Origin: an uncultured Candidatus Babeliaceae bacterium
Lineage (GTDB): Bacteria; Babelota; Babeliae; Babelales; Babelaceae
DNA length: 64,000 nucleotides
Direction of reading: 5' to 3'
Assembly (NCBI GenBank): GCA_963704655.1
Contig: OY969927.1
Span: 896,001-960,000, forward strand
Shown: positions 10,424-20,133 of the stretch, one piece after another
How the letters are laid out: the number at the start of each line of letters is the position of its first letter
Position numbering within the stretch: position 1 is the stretch's first letter
Position numbers and translations under genes: made by a program
Notes under the pieces: generated by a model
Databases searched by the model: none
What the model saw: only the letters and a program-made list of their open reading frames with translations
What the model was told of the DNA's origin: nothing

Positions 10424-11011
10424 TTACGCCCTTTCGCTTTTAAGCGCCACACAACTATAAACAATAGTTGGCACGATATAAAATTGTGAGACTAAGATAC
10501 TTATAAAAACTAAAACTAAAATATCCATCTGATAAAAAACTAAAAGAGGTATTAATAAAAAAAGCGGGCAGAGCATTGTAATAATTTTTACAATTCGCAA
10601 ATACAATAATGTTTTATCATTTAAAAAATGCGCCTTCTTTAAAATAGCTATTGCCCATCCTGGCGCAAAAAGAGCGAATATCAGACTAACACCAAAGAAG
10701 ATCAAGCCCATCATCATGCAACCTTTTATGCATGAGCGCGGCAAAAAAAATTGCACACCCAAAATAAGATCCGGAACAATACCTGCAACAATCAACCCTG
10801 GAATGCGAGTGATTAACCCTATTATTAAAACAATGAAAAAAGCGCCTATAAGAGGCGCAATGAGCATTAAATCTGAAATTTCAGGATTGTAAGGCACCGT
10901 AGAATGAATCAACATAAAAGAAAGATAAATCTCCAACGCAACCATGATAGCTACAATAAAATTCAATGCCGCTCTTTGGTCAAGATTTAAAGATAGTTTC
11001 GACATACCCAT
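10424..11011 (-). CDS. Hypothetical multi-pass membrane protein
   Basis: 195 aa with about six hydrophobic segments. Confidence 0.65.
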   Translation of the reverse strand: MGMSKLSLNLDQRAALNFIVAIMVALEIYLSFMLIHSTVPYNPEISDLMLIAPLIGAFFIVLIIGLITRIPGLIVAGIVPDLILGVQFFLPRSCIKGCMMMGLIFFGVSLIFALFAPGWAIAILKKAHFLNDKTLLYLRIVKIITMLCPLFLLIPLLVFYQMDILVLVFISILVSQFYIVPTIVYSCVALKSERA

Positions 11012-11056
11012 TCCCCTTTTTGTGGTAAAATAATAGAAAAATTAAAACTATGGACC

Positions 11057-11088
11057 CGCCAACCCTTCGACAGGCTCAGGATGAACGG
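11057..11088. repeat. Family A repeat
   Basis: cgccaacccttcgacaggctcaggatgaacgg; nearly identical to 59847-59877. Confidence 0.85.
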
Positions 11089-11119
11089 GTTTTATTTCAT
11101 TGTAACAAACAAAGATAAA

Positions 11120-11497
11120 ATGATACTAGCTTTAGGTATAGATTCGGTAGATATAGACAGGTTTAAAAACTGGCAAAATTATAGCAAAAAACAACTCGGG
11201 CGGTTTTTTAGCCAGACAGAAATAGACTATTGCATATCGGGGCCAAAAAAGAGCGCTGAGCGCTTTGCTGTTCGTTTTGCGGCGAAAGAAGCACTATTTA
11301 AGTCAATCAGCCAGTTTTACCCAGAAAAGGGCTTCCGGCTGCTATTTGTTGCCAAAAATTGTGAGGTTATAAAAACTCTTGCTGCTCCAGAGCTATCTGT
11401 CGATTGGAACGCGCTTAACCTACCGAAACTTAAAGTACTCATAAGCCTTACACACACCAGACAAACAGCATCAGCTGTGGTTATCCTTCAAGAATAA
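11120..11497 (+). CDS. acpS: Holo-[acyl-carrier-protein] synthase
   Basis: MILALGIDSVDIDRF, RFAVRFAAKEA, ISLTH motifs; start moved to ATG 11120 because ATG 11081 lies inside the repeat. Confidence 0.93.
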   Translation: MILALGIDSVDIDRFKNWQNYSKKQLGRFFSQTEIDYCISGPKKSAERFAVRFAAKEALFKSISQFYPEKGFRLLFVAKNCEVIKTLAAPELSVDWNALNLPKLKVLISLTHTRQTASAVVILQE

Positions 11498-11529
11498 CAG
11501 AATAAGTTTGTTAATATGCTGTTTTTTAA

Positions 11530-11557
11530 TTGACAAAGGTTAATTTGAGCGTATTCT
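11530..11557 (+). promoter_or_regulatory. Sigma70-type promoter for tRNA-fMet
   Basis: TTGACA-N16-TATTCT about 18 nt upstream of the tRNA. Confidence 0.65.
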
Positions 11558-11575
11558 AGAGAATAGAAATTGTAT

Positions 11576-11652
<77 letters not shown>

Positions 11653-11702
11653 GTCTTCGCCCTTCCGCTCATCCTGAGCGCAGTCGAAGGACGTCTGGCA
11701 CG
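11653..11702. repeat. Composite repeat (family A within family C arms) abutting the tRNA 3' end
   Basis: gtcttcgccc [..ccgctcatcctgagcgcagtcgaagga] cgtctggcacg. Confidence 0.7.
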
Positions 11703-11863
11703 GCCAGATTTCACTTATCCCCTTCTCAAATCTACCAGACGTATTATCTAATAAATTTGTTTAATAATTTCAAACAAAAACCCATTATATTGCTTTTTAT
11801 CGACCCAAACTGATAAAATAAAGATAATTAGAGAATAAATAATTATTTTAAAGGGTTTATATA

Positions 11864-13048
11864 ATGAAGAATCGTCTATTTTTGCTCATCACTTGCGTAA
11901 ATTTTTGTACCATTAGTGCAATGCAAGAGGATTTCCCAGCTTCAACACCTCCACAAAGTCCTCGGGCACGATCGTATAGTTTTATCGAACAAGAAGAAGC
12001 TGTACAACAAAATTTAAATGATCTTGAACTTTGCAAAATGCAGCTTTCTAGCCAAGATAACCAGCAAAAAATTGAAGATGGCAAGTTATTGTTAAAACAA
12101 TTTTATTTTGAAAAACCCTTAAAACAGGCCATAACCAAAAAGCTGGGCCTGGCAGTTCCATTACAACGACTAACCCCAGAAGAGCTTGCTGAAAAACAAA
12201 GAATTAATAGCGTTCTCATGGCACCATTTACACAAAAGGCAGAAAATATCATCTGGGCACTCTATGATATAGCAGCAAAGATACATAACAAATATTTTAC
12301 CGAAGGCACATTTGTTATTGAAGATAAGGGTTTAAAGCTCTTAAACTATCTTGTTTCATTAGAAAACAGACCAGGCGGTTCGTATACACGTATCTCGACC
12401 CATTTTAAAGCCTATAAAACTCAACATTATGGCCTTGATTTAGAGAACCTTCCCTGCAATAAGCATACTATTTTATTTGGCCACTTGAACCAGGACAGAA
12501 TTTTTATTAAGCCAGAAAACCATGGTACCAAGAATATCACAGATACTATAGAACATGGAAAAGAAACAATTATCGCCCAAGCAAGAAAAATTGAGTGGCT
12601 CAGAGAACTTTTCAGTTTAGCATCTGATCAAAGCGAAGAATTTAAAAAGGAAAGAATTCCAAGTGATATGATCAAGAAGTTTAGCGACTTAATCAAAAAA
12701 CTTGAGCCTGATAAAGAAACTCAAAAACTTCATATCGAGTCAGTAAAAAATTTTGGGGTACAAAAAATAGTTGCGCTTCTTCAAGAATACATCAATAACT
12801 TCCCGAAGTTCCAACAAATAATTCATGAGCAACCAGCTACCCTTTCTGAAAGTTGGGAAGAAGTTACCAAGCAAGACGTTAATGTATTGCGTGACTTACT
12901 TAATGAAACAGTAGATTTCTTGGATGAACTAGCAACCCTAGACAATATCGCCCTGCGCTCAGGATATGAAGTTATCATTACTCAAACTGATATCAAACGT
13001 GCATTGGGTCTTACTACTCAAGCACCAGAACAAGAAGAGGTTGATTAA
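11864..13048 (+). CDS. Hypothetical secreted protein
   Basis: 394-aa ORF with signal peptide. Confidence 0.75.
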   Translation: MKNRLFLLITCVNFCTISAMQEDFPASTPPQSPRARSYSFIEQEEAVQQNLNDLELCKMQLSSQDNQQKIEDGKLLLKQFYFEKPLKQAITKKLGLAVPLQRLTPEELAEKQRINSVLMAPFTQKAENIIWALYDIAAKIHNKYFTEGTFVIEDKGLKLLNYLVSLENRPGGSYTRISTHFKAYKTQHYGLDLENLPCNKHTILFGHLNQDRIFIKPENHGTKNITDTIEHGKETIIAQARKIEWLRELFSLASDQSEEFKKERIPSDMIKKFSDLIKKLEPDKETQKLHIESVKNFGVQKIVALLQEYINNFPKFQQIIHEQPATLSESWEEVTKQDVNVLRDLLNETVDFLDELATLDNIALRSGYEVIITQTDIKRALGLTTQAPEQEEVD

Positions 13049-13049
13049 A

Positions 13050-13370
13050 ATGAAAAAAATAGTTTTTATACTCAGCGTCATGACAGTAAATTATTCATGT
13101 TTGTTTAGTGCAGAAACCCAAGCAAATGAAACAAACAAGCTTTGTTTTACTGAAAAGTGTCAAAAATTAAAAGAATCAATTTTACAAAGGTCCAGAACCC
13201 GAGCACGTGCAAAAAAACAAGTAATACGAAAACCCAAAAAAGTGCAAAACGTTGAAGATATCAGCGAATTATTTGCCCAAGGCATGGTTTTGGAAAAACC
13301 AGAGGCCTCTCGCTCTGACATCAAAGGCAAGGGCCGACTCATTTCAGAACCCGAAGAAGAATTTGCATAA
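13050..13370 (+). CDS. Small secreted basic protein
   Basis: MKKIVFILSVMTVNYSCLFSA leader starting right after the upstream stop; Arg/Lys-rich stretch. Confidence 0.6.
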   Translation: MKKIVFILSVMTVNYSCLFSAETQANETNKLCFTEKCQKLKESILQRSRTRARAKKQVIRKPKKVQNVEDISELFAQGMVLEKPEASRSDIKGKGRLISEPEEEFA

Positions 13371-13371
13371 A

Positions 13372-13398
13372 AAAAGGGGCGGAAAAACCGCCCCTTTT
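13372..13398. terminator. Bidirectional intrinsic terminator
   Basis: aaaaGGGGCGG-aaaaa-CCGCCCCtttt between convergent genes. Confidence 0.85.
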
Positions 13399-13415
13399 GC
13401 ACAAAATGCACTATT

Positions 13416-13886
13416 TTAATCTTTAGGTGCTTTGTTCTCTTTTACCCATTTATCTAAAACGCCATTAATGAACTTATGCGCATCGCTTTCGGCATAGCCT
13501 TTTGCAAGCTCAATAGCCTCATTAATAACAATAGAATAATCAAGCTTGGTGTGCACAAGCTCCCAAACTGCCATACGTAAAATAATCCGGGTCATACACC
13601 CAACACGCTCAAACTTCCAATTATCCAACAAAGGCTTAATCTGCTCATCAAGCTCAGTTTGCGCATCAATAATAGCTTGCGCTTGAATTACTAAGGCACT
13701 TGTCGGCTCGATAATGCAATCAAAACCACGTGAAAAATTATCTACAATAGCATCCAAGCTTACTTGGTAGTCAAAAGAGTCTGCTGCATACAAAAGATGC
13801 AATATCAAAGCACGCTGATCTCGCGCAGAAAGAGTATCGCAGGACTCCTGCTGATCTACAGGTGCCGTACTATGATGATTATCCAT
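13416..13886 (-). CDS. nusB: Transcription antitermination factor NusB
   Basis: NWKFERVG, ILRMAVWEL, INEAIELAKGY, KFINGVLD. Confidence 0.93.
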   Translation of the reverse strand: MDNHHSTAPVDQQESCDTLSARDQRALILHLLYAADSFDYQVSLDAIVDNFSRGFDCIIEPTSALVIQAQAIIDAQTELDEQIKPLLDNWKFERVGCMTRIILRMAVWELVHTKLDYSIVINEAIELAKGYAESDAHKFINGVLDKWVKENKAPKD

Positions 13887-13891
13887 AATTA

Positions 13892-14458
13892 TTACTTTTT
13901 AACGCGTTCGATGTATCGGGAATCACGGGTATCAACTTTAACAATATCACCTTCATGAACAAAAAGTGGCACTTGTAATACAAGGCCGGTGTCCATGGTT
14001 GCTGGTTTTGTGGCACCACCTTGGGCCGTATCACCTTTTACGCCAGGGATAGTTTCAACTACCTTAAGCTCCATAAATAATGGGGCAGCAACTGAAATAG
14101 GCTTTCCAGAAAAATACAGCACGCTATATACGGTCTGTTCTTTAAGGAAATCTAAAACTTCTTCCAATTGCTCTTTAGTTAAAGCCACTTGGTCATAGTT
14201 GTCTTGGTCCATAAATTGGTACAAGTTGCCATCTTTATACAAATAAAGCATATCGCGAAATTCAAGGTCTGGAGTTTGAAATTTCTCTTCAACTCTGAAA
14301 GTCTCTTCATGCACTAAATTCGTGATCAAATTACGCATTTTAGTACGCGCATATGCCCCACCTTTACCAGGCTTAACATGATGGTAGTCAACGATGGTAT
14401 AAGGCTCGCCTTTATATAAAATTTTACTACCTTTTCTAAAATCACCTGCTAAAATCAC
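13892..14458 (-). CDS. efp: Elongation factor P
   Basis: HVKPGKGGAY, PGVKGDTA, VPLFV, VDTR; GTG start at 14458 follows an AAGGA RBS. Confidence 0.96.
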   Translation of the reverse strand: MILAGDFRKGSKILYKGEPYTIVDYHHVKPGKGGAYARTKMRNLITNLVHEETFRVEEKFQTPDLEFRDMLYLYKDGNLYQFMDQDNYDQVALTKEQLEEVLDFLKEQTVYSVLYFSGKPISVAAPLFMELKVVETIPGVKGDTAQGGATKPATMDTGLVLQVPLFVHEGDIVKVDTRDSRYIERVKK

Positions 14459-14516
14459 GTGCAATCCTTACGAAATTATCTAGAAAAAAACCGATTTTTA
14501 CTCATACTTATTACTA

Positions 14517-15200
14517 TTATAGAAAATTTGAACTAATTTGGCGATAGCATCCAACAGGCAATTTTTCAAGCCCATAAGAACCAAAACGAACTCGTTTAAG
14601 TTCACGTACTTTATAGCCTAAATGTTCAAAAATGCGCCTAATAACACGATTTTTACCACTATGAATAGTGATTTTAAGATGTATTTTACTTTTCTGTAAG
14701 ACAACCTTGTCAAGTCTCACCATGCCATCAACAAGCCTAACGCCCTTAAGTATCTGATTATAATCAATATGATCAAGGGGCTTATTAAGGACAACTTGGT
14801 ACTCTTTTTTAATCTCAAAGCTCGGATGCGAAAGCTTTTGAGCCCAATCACCGTCATTGGTAACCAATAAAAGACCCGAACTATCTTTATCTAAGCGCCC
14901 TACGGTAAAAAGCTTAACTTTTTTAAACGCGGGTAAAAGATCAAAAATCGTTTTACGGTCCTGCTCATCTGAATTTGTACAAATATATCCAGCAGGCTTA
15001 TGAAGCATAATATAAATTTTAGGCTCTAGTTTTACCACTTTGCCTTTTACCTTAACAACGTCACCGTCATTAACCAACGTGTTAAGTTCTTCAACAGTAA
15101 CACCATTAATCGTTACTAACTGCTGTCTTATAAGAAGAACAGCATCACGACGAGAACAAACGCCCGCATGGGCCATATATTTAACAAGCTGCATTACCAT
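14517..15200 (-). CDS. RsuA/RluB-family rRNA pseudouridine synthase
   Basis: S4 domain (GVCSRR), HKPAG, GRLDKDSSGLLL, GKNRVIRR. Confidence 0.92.
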   Translation of the reverse strand: MVMQLVKYMAHAGVCSRRDAVLLIRQQLVTINGVTVEELNTLVNDGDVVKVKGKVVKLEPKIYIMLHKPAGYICTNSDEQDRKTIFDLLPAFKKVKLFTVGRLDKDSSGLLLVTNDGDWAQKLSHPSFEIKKEYQVVLNKPLDHIDYNQILKGVRLVDGMVRLDKVVLQKSKIHLKITIHSGKNRVIRRIFEHLGYKVRELKRVRFGSYGLEKLPVGCYRQISSNFL

Positions 15201-15203
15201 ATG

Positions 15204-15992
15204 CTATGCCCTTTCAAGTGATGCAAGGCCTAGATGACGAGAGCGTTCAAACATCAGGTTACAAGCGGTTAAAGTAACAATAAAATAGATTATGGCCAAT
15301 CCATAACCATACGCCAGATGTGGCATAGAGATACGTCCCTCTAAAACAAATATTCTTAAAGCTTCAAAGATATAATTCACCGGAAGAATTTTTGCTACTG
15401 ATTGGATCCACGCAGGCATAATGGATAGTGAGTAATACGCCCCAGAAAATGGCACAGATAACCACCCAAAAACCCAAACAAGCCGTTGTGCATGAACACC
15501 AAAATACATAAGTACGGTAATAGAAAGGCTGGAAATGGCCCAGCCAAAAATCATTAAAGGGATAATAAAGGCCAAGAGCATTAAACCCATATTCAAAAGA
15601 TATACGCCAAAGATAAGCCATGAAACAGTTGTTGCAAAAGCAAGCAATAAAGCTGTCTGTATGCAACCACTTACCATTGCGCCACAGAACCATTCATTAA
15701 ACGTTAATGGAGCCGCAAAAAGGTTAATAATGTTACGTGCCATCATTTCGTATAAAAAATTTGTTGCGTTATTAAAATATGAGTACAGGTATACACGCAT
15801 CATCACAACCGTTAAAACAGAAAGCTGTGCTTGTACCGGAGATTGGCTATTTTTGGCCATAACAATTCCAACACCGCCCCAAATCATAATATCCAGCAGT
15901 GGCCAGAAGATAAAATCTATGAGGTCTTCAAATTTTAAAAAGCGCGAAAAAAAGTACCGCTTTGCAATAAGCATAATACGCTCAATATTCAT
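15204..15992 (-). CDS. ABC-2 type transporter permease
   Basis: Six TM segments, FWPLLD, YYSLSIMPAW..LPV. Confidence 0.88.
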   Translation of the reverse strand: MNIERIMLIAKRYFFSRFLKFEDLIDFIFWPLLDIMIWGGVGIVMAKNSQSPVQAQLSVLTVVMMRVYLYSYFNNATNFLYEMMARNIINLFAAPLTFNEWFCGAMVSGCIQTALLLAFATTVSWLIFGVYLLNMGLMLLAFIIPLMIFGWAISSLSITVLMYFGVHAQRLVWVFGWLSVPFSGAYYSLSIMPAWIQSVAKILPVNYIFEALRIFVLEGRISMPHLAYGYGLAIIYFIVTLTACNLMFERSRHLGLASLERA

Positions 15993-15995
15993 AGA

Positions 15996-16784
15996 TTATG
16001 ACCCCTCAAGCCGAGCAAGGCCATTTTTGCGGCTCGCGTGAAAGGACCATACAAATATCGAAATCGCCAAAGAAATATACACAATAGTTAATAACACACC
16101 TGCACCTAAAACAGTCAAATCTATCGTGTTACTCTGTAAATATATGCGCAAAACTTTAAACATATAGGTCATGGGCACACAATAAGCAATTACTTGGGCC
16201 CAAAATGGCATAATCTCAATGGGATAATAGACCCCAATAAAGGGCACAAAGAACCACCCCATTACCCACACCAGTTTTTGGGCAGAATTTCCCCAGGTAA
16301 CTAATGTCGATGACGTTAATAAACCGATAGAGTACCCAGAAAAGAGCAATAAAAAAAATAAAAGTAAAAAGACAGGCCCAACGGCAAAAATTGATATATT
16401 ATACAAAAACCATACCACAAAAACGCCAAAAGATGCGCCAATAAGAGCATTAATGCCTCCAACTATCATATGCGCAGCAATCCATTCTTGAATAGTAACA
16501 GGCGTAACAAAAAGATTGATAAGATTACGTGACCATAACTCAGAAAGAAAATTATAGGAAACATCCAAGTTTGCGCGGTAAACAGCTTGCCATAAAACCA
16601 AGCTTGTTAAAATAATAACGGCATACTGCGGGTTATCGGTACTTTTTGCCATCCATGAACCGGCAAAGCCCCAGATGAGAATATCAAAAAGTGGCCAATA
16701 GAAAAAATCTGTTAACGGGTCCGGGCCACGAAAGGTGAGTAAAAAGGTTCGACGAACAAGCGCTGCAATGCGTGTACCATTCAT
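15996..16784 (-). CDS. ABC-2 type transporter permease
   Basis: FYWPLFD, ELWSRNL, YYPIEIMPFW; paralog of the adjacent permease. Confidence 0.88.
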   Translation of the reverse strand: MNGTRIAALVRRTFLLTFRGPDPLTDFFYWPLFDILIWGFAGSWMAKSTDNPQYAVIILTSLVLWQAVYRANLDVSYNFLSELWSRNLINLFVTPVTIQEWIAAHMIVGGINALIGASFGVFVVWFLYNISIFAVGPVFLLLFFLLLFSGYSIGLLTSSTLVTWGNSAQKLVWVMGWFFVPFIGVYYPIEIMPFWAQVIAYCVPMTYMFKVLRIYLQSNTIDLTVLGAGVLLTIVYISLAISIFVWSFHASRKNGLARLEGS

Positions 16785-16793
16785 AGCATATCC

Positions 16794-17705
16794 TTACTTA
16801 GAAATCTGTAAGAAATAATCTTCTAGCGTCGGCTTATCAATAGTAATCTGATTATACGTCAACCCTGCTTGCGCAAGTCGAATCAAATAATCAGCAATGG
16901 CATGCTCTTCAAATTTTGCGCAAACCACTGAACCTTCAGCATGCGCAGGTATTCCCTGTAAATTGCACCAGTCAATAACAGCCTGAGGATTTTCAACAAT
17001 AAGTTCTACACGAGCAAGGCCAGCAAGAGATGCTAGTCGCTCTGGTGTATCATGCGCTATAATAATGCCTTTTTTCAGAACCAGGACATTATCACAAATC
17101 TGAGCAACTTCATCCATTTTATGCGAAGTAAAAAGAATCGAAACGCCCTGCTGCTTTTGCTGCTCTTTAATAAATAGCAGAACTTCTTGGGCAACATCAG
17201 GATCAAGCGAAGCAGTTGGCTCATCAAGCAACATAACCTTTGGCTCGATACAAAAAGCCTTAATAAGCATAACACGGGTCATTTGCCCGGCAGACAAGGT
17301 GCCCGCACGGCGATCTTTTAAATGCCACATATCAAACTTTTTAAGTAAGCGCTCTAAGCGCTCTTTTAAAGTAGCTCTGGAAACGCCATAAAGCTGTCCA
17401 TAAAAGAAGAGATTTTCATAAACAGTAAGTTTACCCGGCAAACTTACATAGGTTGAAGCAAAGCCAACCTTGGATAAAATCTCTGACCGATGGGTTTCTA
17501 AATTTTTACCAAAATAGCTTATTTCACCTGAAGTTGGGGCCATGGTACTTAAAAGCATCTGAATCGTCGTGGTCTTTCCGGCACCATTTGGGCCAAGAAA
17601 GCCTAAAACCTGCCCTTGGGCAAGCTCAAACGAAATGCCGTCAACAGCTACAAAATCAGGATTTGAAAATTTTTTATAGAGATTCTTTACGCGTAAAATA
17701 GTCAT
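16794..17705 (-). CDS. ABC transporter ATP-binding protein (DrrA/NodI-like)
   Basis: GPNGAGKTT, LSAGQ, LLDEPT, TLEDYF. Confidence 0.93.
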   Translation of the reverse strand: MTILRVKNLYKKFSNPDFVAVDGISFELAQGQVLGFLGPNGAGKTTTIQMLLSTMAPTSGEISYFGKNLETHRSEILSKVGFASTYVSLPGKLTVYENLFFYGQLYGVSRATLKERLERLLKKFDMWHLKDRRAGTLSAGQMTRVMLIKAFCIEPKVMLLDEPTASLDPDVAQEVLLFIKEQQKQQGVSILFTSHKMDEVAQICDNVLVLKKGIIIAHDTPERLASLAGLARVELIVENPQAVIDWCNLQGIPAHAEGSVVCAKFEEHAIADYLIRLAQAGLTYNQITIDKPTLEDYFLQISK

Positions 17706-17972
17706 AGTACCTAATAGTATAATAAACGGTATTAATTTTGTATATTATAAGATTATTTTGCCCAAGGCGGCACTTTTACCTTGAAAATACCACTTTTAAC
17801 CCATCCAGACGACATTTAACCCCCACCTATTGCTAAAAAAAACAATATTTATGCCAAACTATTGCTATTTTATTAAGGGCTCAGCATAATAACTGGGCAA
17901 ATTTTTTTATGTAGATTCTCCCAAAATAATACGCTAGTCTATTCATACATGTTCACAAACTCAGGGAGAATT

Positions 17973-18473
17973 ATGGATATCTTTAAACAAAAAACATGGT
18001 CGCCTTTTGCCGTAGGCGCGTTAATCGGCACGCTCATGGTGGCATCATTCTATTTTACCGGAAAGTTTTTGGGGATCTCGTCAGCATTTGTTGAAATTGC
18101 TACAATTTTTTCTACGTTGATTTCGCACCAAGCTTTTTCAATGGTAAATTTTTGGCAGGAAAATATCGAACTAGTAACCATAGCCGGTGTTATTATCGGC
18201 GCATTTTTATCAAGCTACTTTTCAGATAACTTTACCAAAGATCTTGTACCAAGTCTTTGGAGTAAAAATTTTGGTAATTCTTTTTCTAAACGCGCTCTTT
18301 TTGCATTTATTGGCGGCGTGATAATAATTTTCGGCGCACGTTTAGCCGGCGGTTGCACATCGGGTAAATCGATCGCATCAGGGCTTCAGCTTATTGTACC
18401 AGCCTGGATATTTACCTGCTGCTTATTTGCAGCTGCAAGCGTTACCGCATTTTTATTGTATCGAAATAAATAG
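17973..18473 (+). CDS. YeeE/YedE family sulfur-compound transporter (half 1)
   Basis: GARLAGGCTSG motif; GGAG RBS before ATG 17973. Confidence 0.88.
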   Translation: MDIFKQKTWSPFAVGALIGTLMVASFYFTGKFLGISSAFVEIATIFSTLISHQAFSMVNFWQENIELVTIAGVIIGAFLSSYFSDNFTKDLVPSLWSKNFGNSFSKRALFAFIGGVIIIFGARLAGGCTSGKSIASGLQLIVPAWIFTCCLFAAASVTAFLLYRNK

Positions 18474-18484
18474 AGAGTAAAAAC

Positions 18485-19012
18485 ATGATGAACATTCTTT
18501 TAGCCTTATTATTTGGGATTATTTTTGGGTTTTTATTACAAAAAGGTAACGTAAGCAACTTTAATGTTATTGTTGGCCAACTACTTTTTAAAAATATTAT
18601 CGTTTTAAATATTATCATGACGGCTATTATTGTTGGCGGCACGTTGATGTACGCATTAGTCGATTTAAACTTTATGAGCGCACTGCCCTTAAAAGCATCA
18701 AGTATGTATGGCTCGGCAATTGGCGGCCTTATTTTTGGCGTGGGCATGGCGGTTTTAGGCTATTGCCCGGGAACAGCGCTTGCTGCAATTGGGCAAGGAT
18801 CGAAAGATGCATTATTTGGCATTCTTGGCATGGCCACCGGCGCATTGTTATTCATTAAATGTAGCGACTTTCTGAAATCTACCATCTTGATCGATACACC
18901 AAACAATACTACTCTGCCGAATCTTTTAGGCGTATCACCCTATCTGATTTTTTTAATACTTGCGCTTGTTACCTTCGGTATAAACATGATATTTAATAAA
19001 ACGCGCGCATAA
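18485..19012 (+). CDS. YeeE/YedE family sulfur-compound transporter (half 2)
   Basis: GIIFGFLLQKG, GGLIFGVGMAVLGYCPGT motifs. Confidence 0.88.
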   Translation: MMNILLALLFGIIFGFLLQKGNVSNFNVIVGQLLFKNIIVLNIIMTAIIVGGTLMYALVDLNFMSALPLKASSMYGSAIGGLIFGVGMAVLGYCPGTALAAIGQGSKDALFGILGMATGALLFIKCSDFLKSTILIDTPNNTTLPNLLGVSPYLIFLILALVTFGINMIFNKTRA

Positions 19013-19022
19013 AAAGATTAAC

Positions 19023-19113
19023 TTCTGGGCAATTGGTTGGAAAAATTGTAGACTTTTTCCAACCATAAAACTTTATCTTTAAGGGCCCGCCATGAATCCA
19101 GAAAAATTAAATA
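19023..19113 (+). repeat. Left copy of the glyA 5' duplication (upstream region plus first 7 codons)
   Basis: 19059-19113 is identical to 26062-26116 (55 bp); imperfect similarity extends to 19023/26026. Confidence 0.92.
19035..19064. terminator. Hairpin, probable terminator between convergent yeeE and AAA genes
   Basis: GGTTGGAAAAA-ttgtagac-TTTTTCCAACC, perfect 11-bp stem. Confidence 0.55.
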
Positions 19114-19137
19114 CTTATAAATAATACGCACGCTTTT

Positions 19138-20124
19138 TTAGAAATCACAAAGTGATCTAATATATGGAATACCCAAAATAAAAGTTGCAATGGTAGTCCC
19201 TGCGCTAGCCATAGTGAATAATGATGACACCAAATGCACTTTATCATATATATCTCTTTTAGGGGCATCAGAATCTTTAGCACCTTTATACCCACGAGGA
19301 TACGATTTTATTTTTTTAATAAGTTGTACATCATCCAATGGTGCTTTAAATATAGCAATTAATTTTACCTGGCTTACAAAATCTTCAAGTTCTCGAATAC
19401 TCATGCCATCACTATAATATGCTAAATCATTTATGATATTTTTATCTTGATTTACCTCATATTTTTCAAACAAATTCATTAGGACTTCTTTCCTCATTTC
19501 TTTATTTGGTTGATCAATCTTTAACCGTTGTTGTTCTGGGAACCTACTGACAAATGCAGGGCTCAGTTTTTCGTACCTATTTGTTGCACAAATTATAAAA
19601 TAACGCGGATCATACTTAAATTTATCCAAATAAAGCCACAATTCCTGCATAGCTTTATTGTCTTCAACCCTAGATTCGTCAGAACCAACAATAGCTATTG
19701 CATCGATTTCATCGATAAAAATAACAACAGGTCTTCCACTTCCTGCCATCATTTCAAAAGCCTGACCCATTTCTTTTTTAATATTTTCAGCACCACTGCC
19801 AGCATACTTAGTAACAATTGATGGCGCGTTTATATGAACAAACTCACAATTTGCTACATTTGCTATCTGTCGTGCGAGCGTCGTCTTACCATTTCCTGGA
19901 GGCCCATACAAAAGTAATCTATTAGGAATTATAAGCGGTTTGGTAAAAGCATCTGAATCTACGAAGGTGATATTTTCGATTAACGGAATGCTTAACATTT
20001 TTACAATGTAATAAACTATCTCATGTTGCAAATAGATTGAATTATTTATTTCCCTAATATCTGCGCAACAAAACGTCTGCATAAAAATCGATATTAATAA
20101 CATTATATAAGAAAAAATATGCAT
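19138..20124 (-). CDS. Single-domain classical AAA+ ATPase with signal-peptide-like leader
   Basis: GPPGNGKT, IVTKYAGSG pore loop, IFIDEID, ATNR; hydrophobic N- and C-termini. Confidence 0.9.
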   Translation of the reverse strand: MHIFSYIMLLISIFMQTFCCADIREINNSIYLQHEIVYYIVKMLSIPLIENITFVDSDAFTKPLIIPNRLLLYGPPGNGKTTLARQIANVANCEFVHINAPSIVTKYAGSGAENIKKEMGQAFEMMAGSGRPVVIFIDEIDAIAIVGSDESRVEDNKAMQELWLYLDKFKYDPRYFIICATNRYEKLSPAFVSRFPEQQRLKIDQPNKEMRKEVLMNLFEKYEVNQDKNIINDLAYYSDGMSIRELEDFVSQVKLIAIFKAPLDDVQLIKKIKSYPRGYKGAKDSDAPKRDIYDKVHLVSSLFTMASAGTTIATFILGIPYIRSLCDF

Positions 20125-20133
20125 AAAATCCTT

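Noticed and set aside
11081-11119. N-terminal extension of AcpS as another in-frame repeat insertion
   Set aside because: ATG 11081 is part of the repeat; AcpS homology begins at ATG 11120
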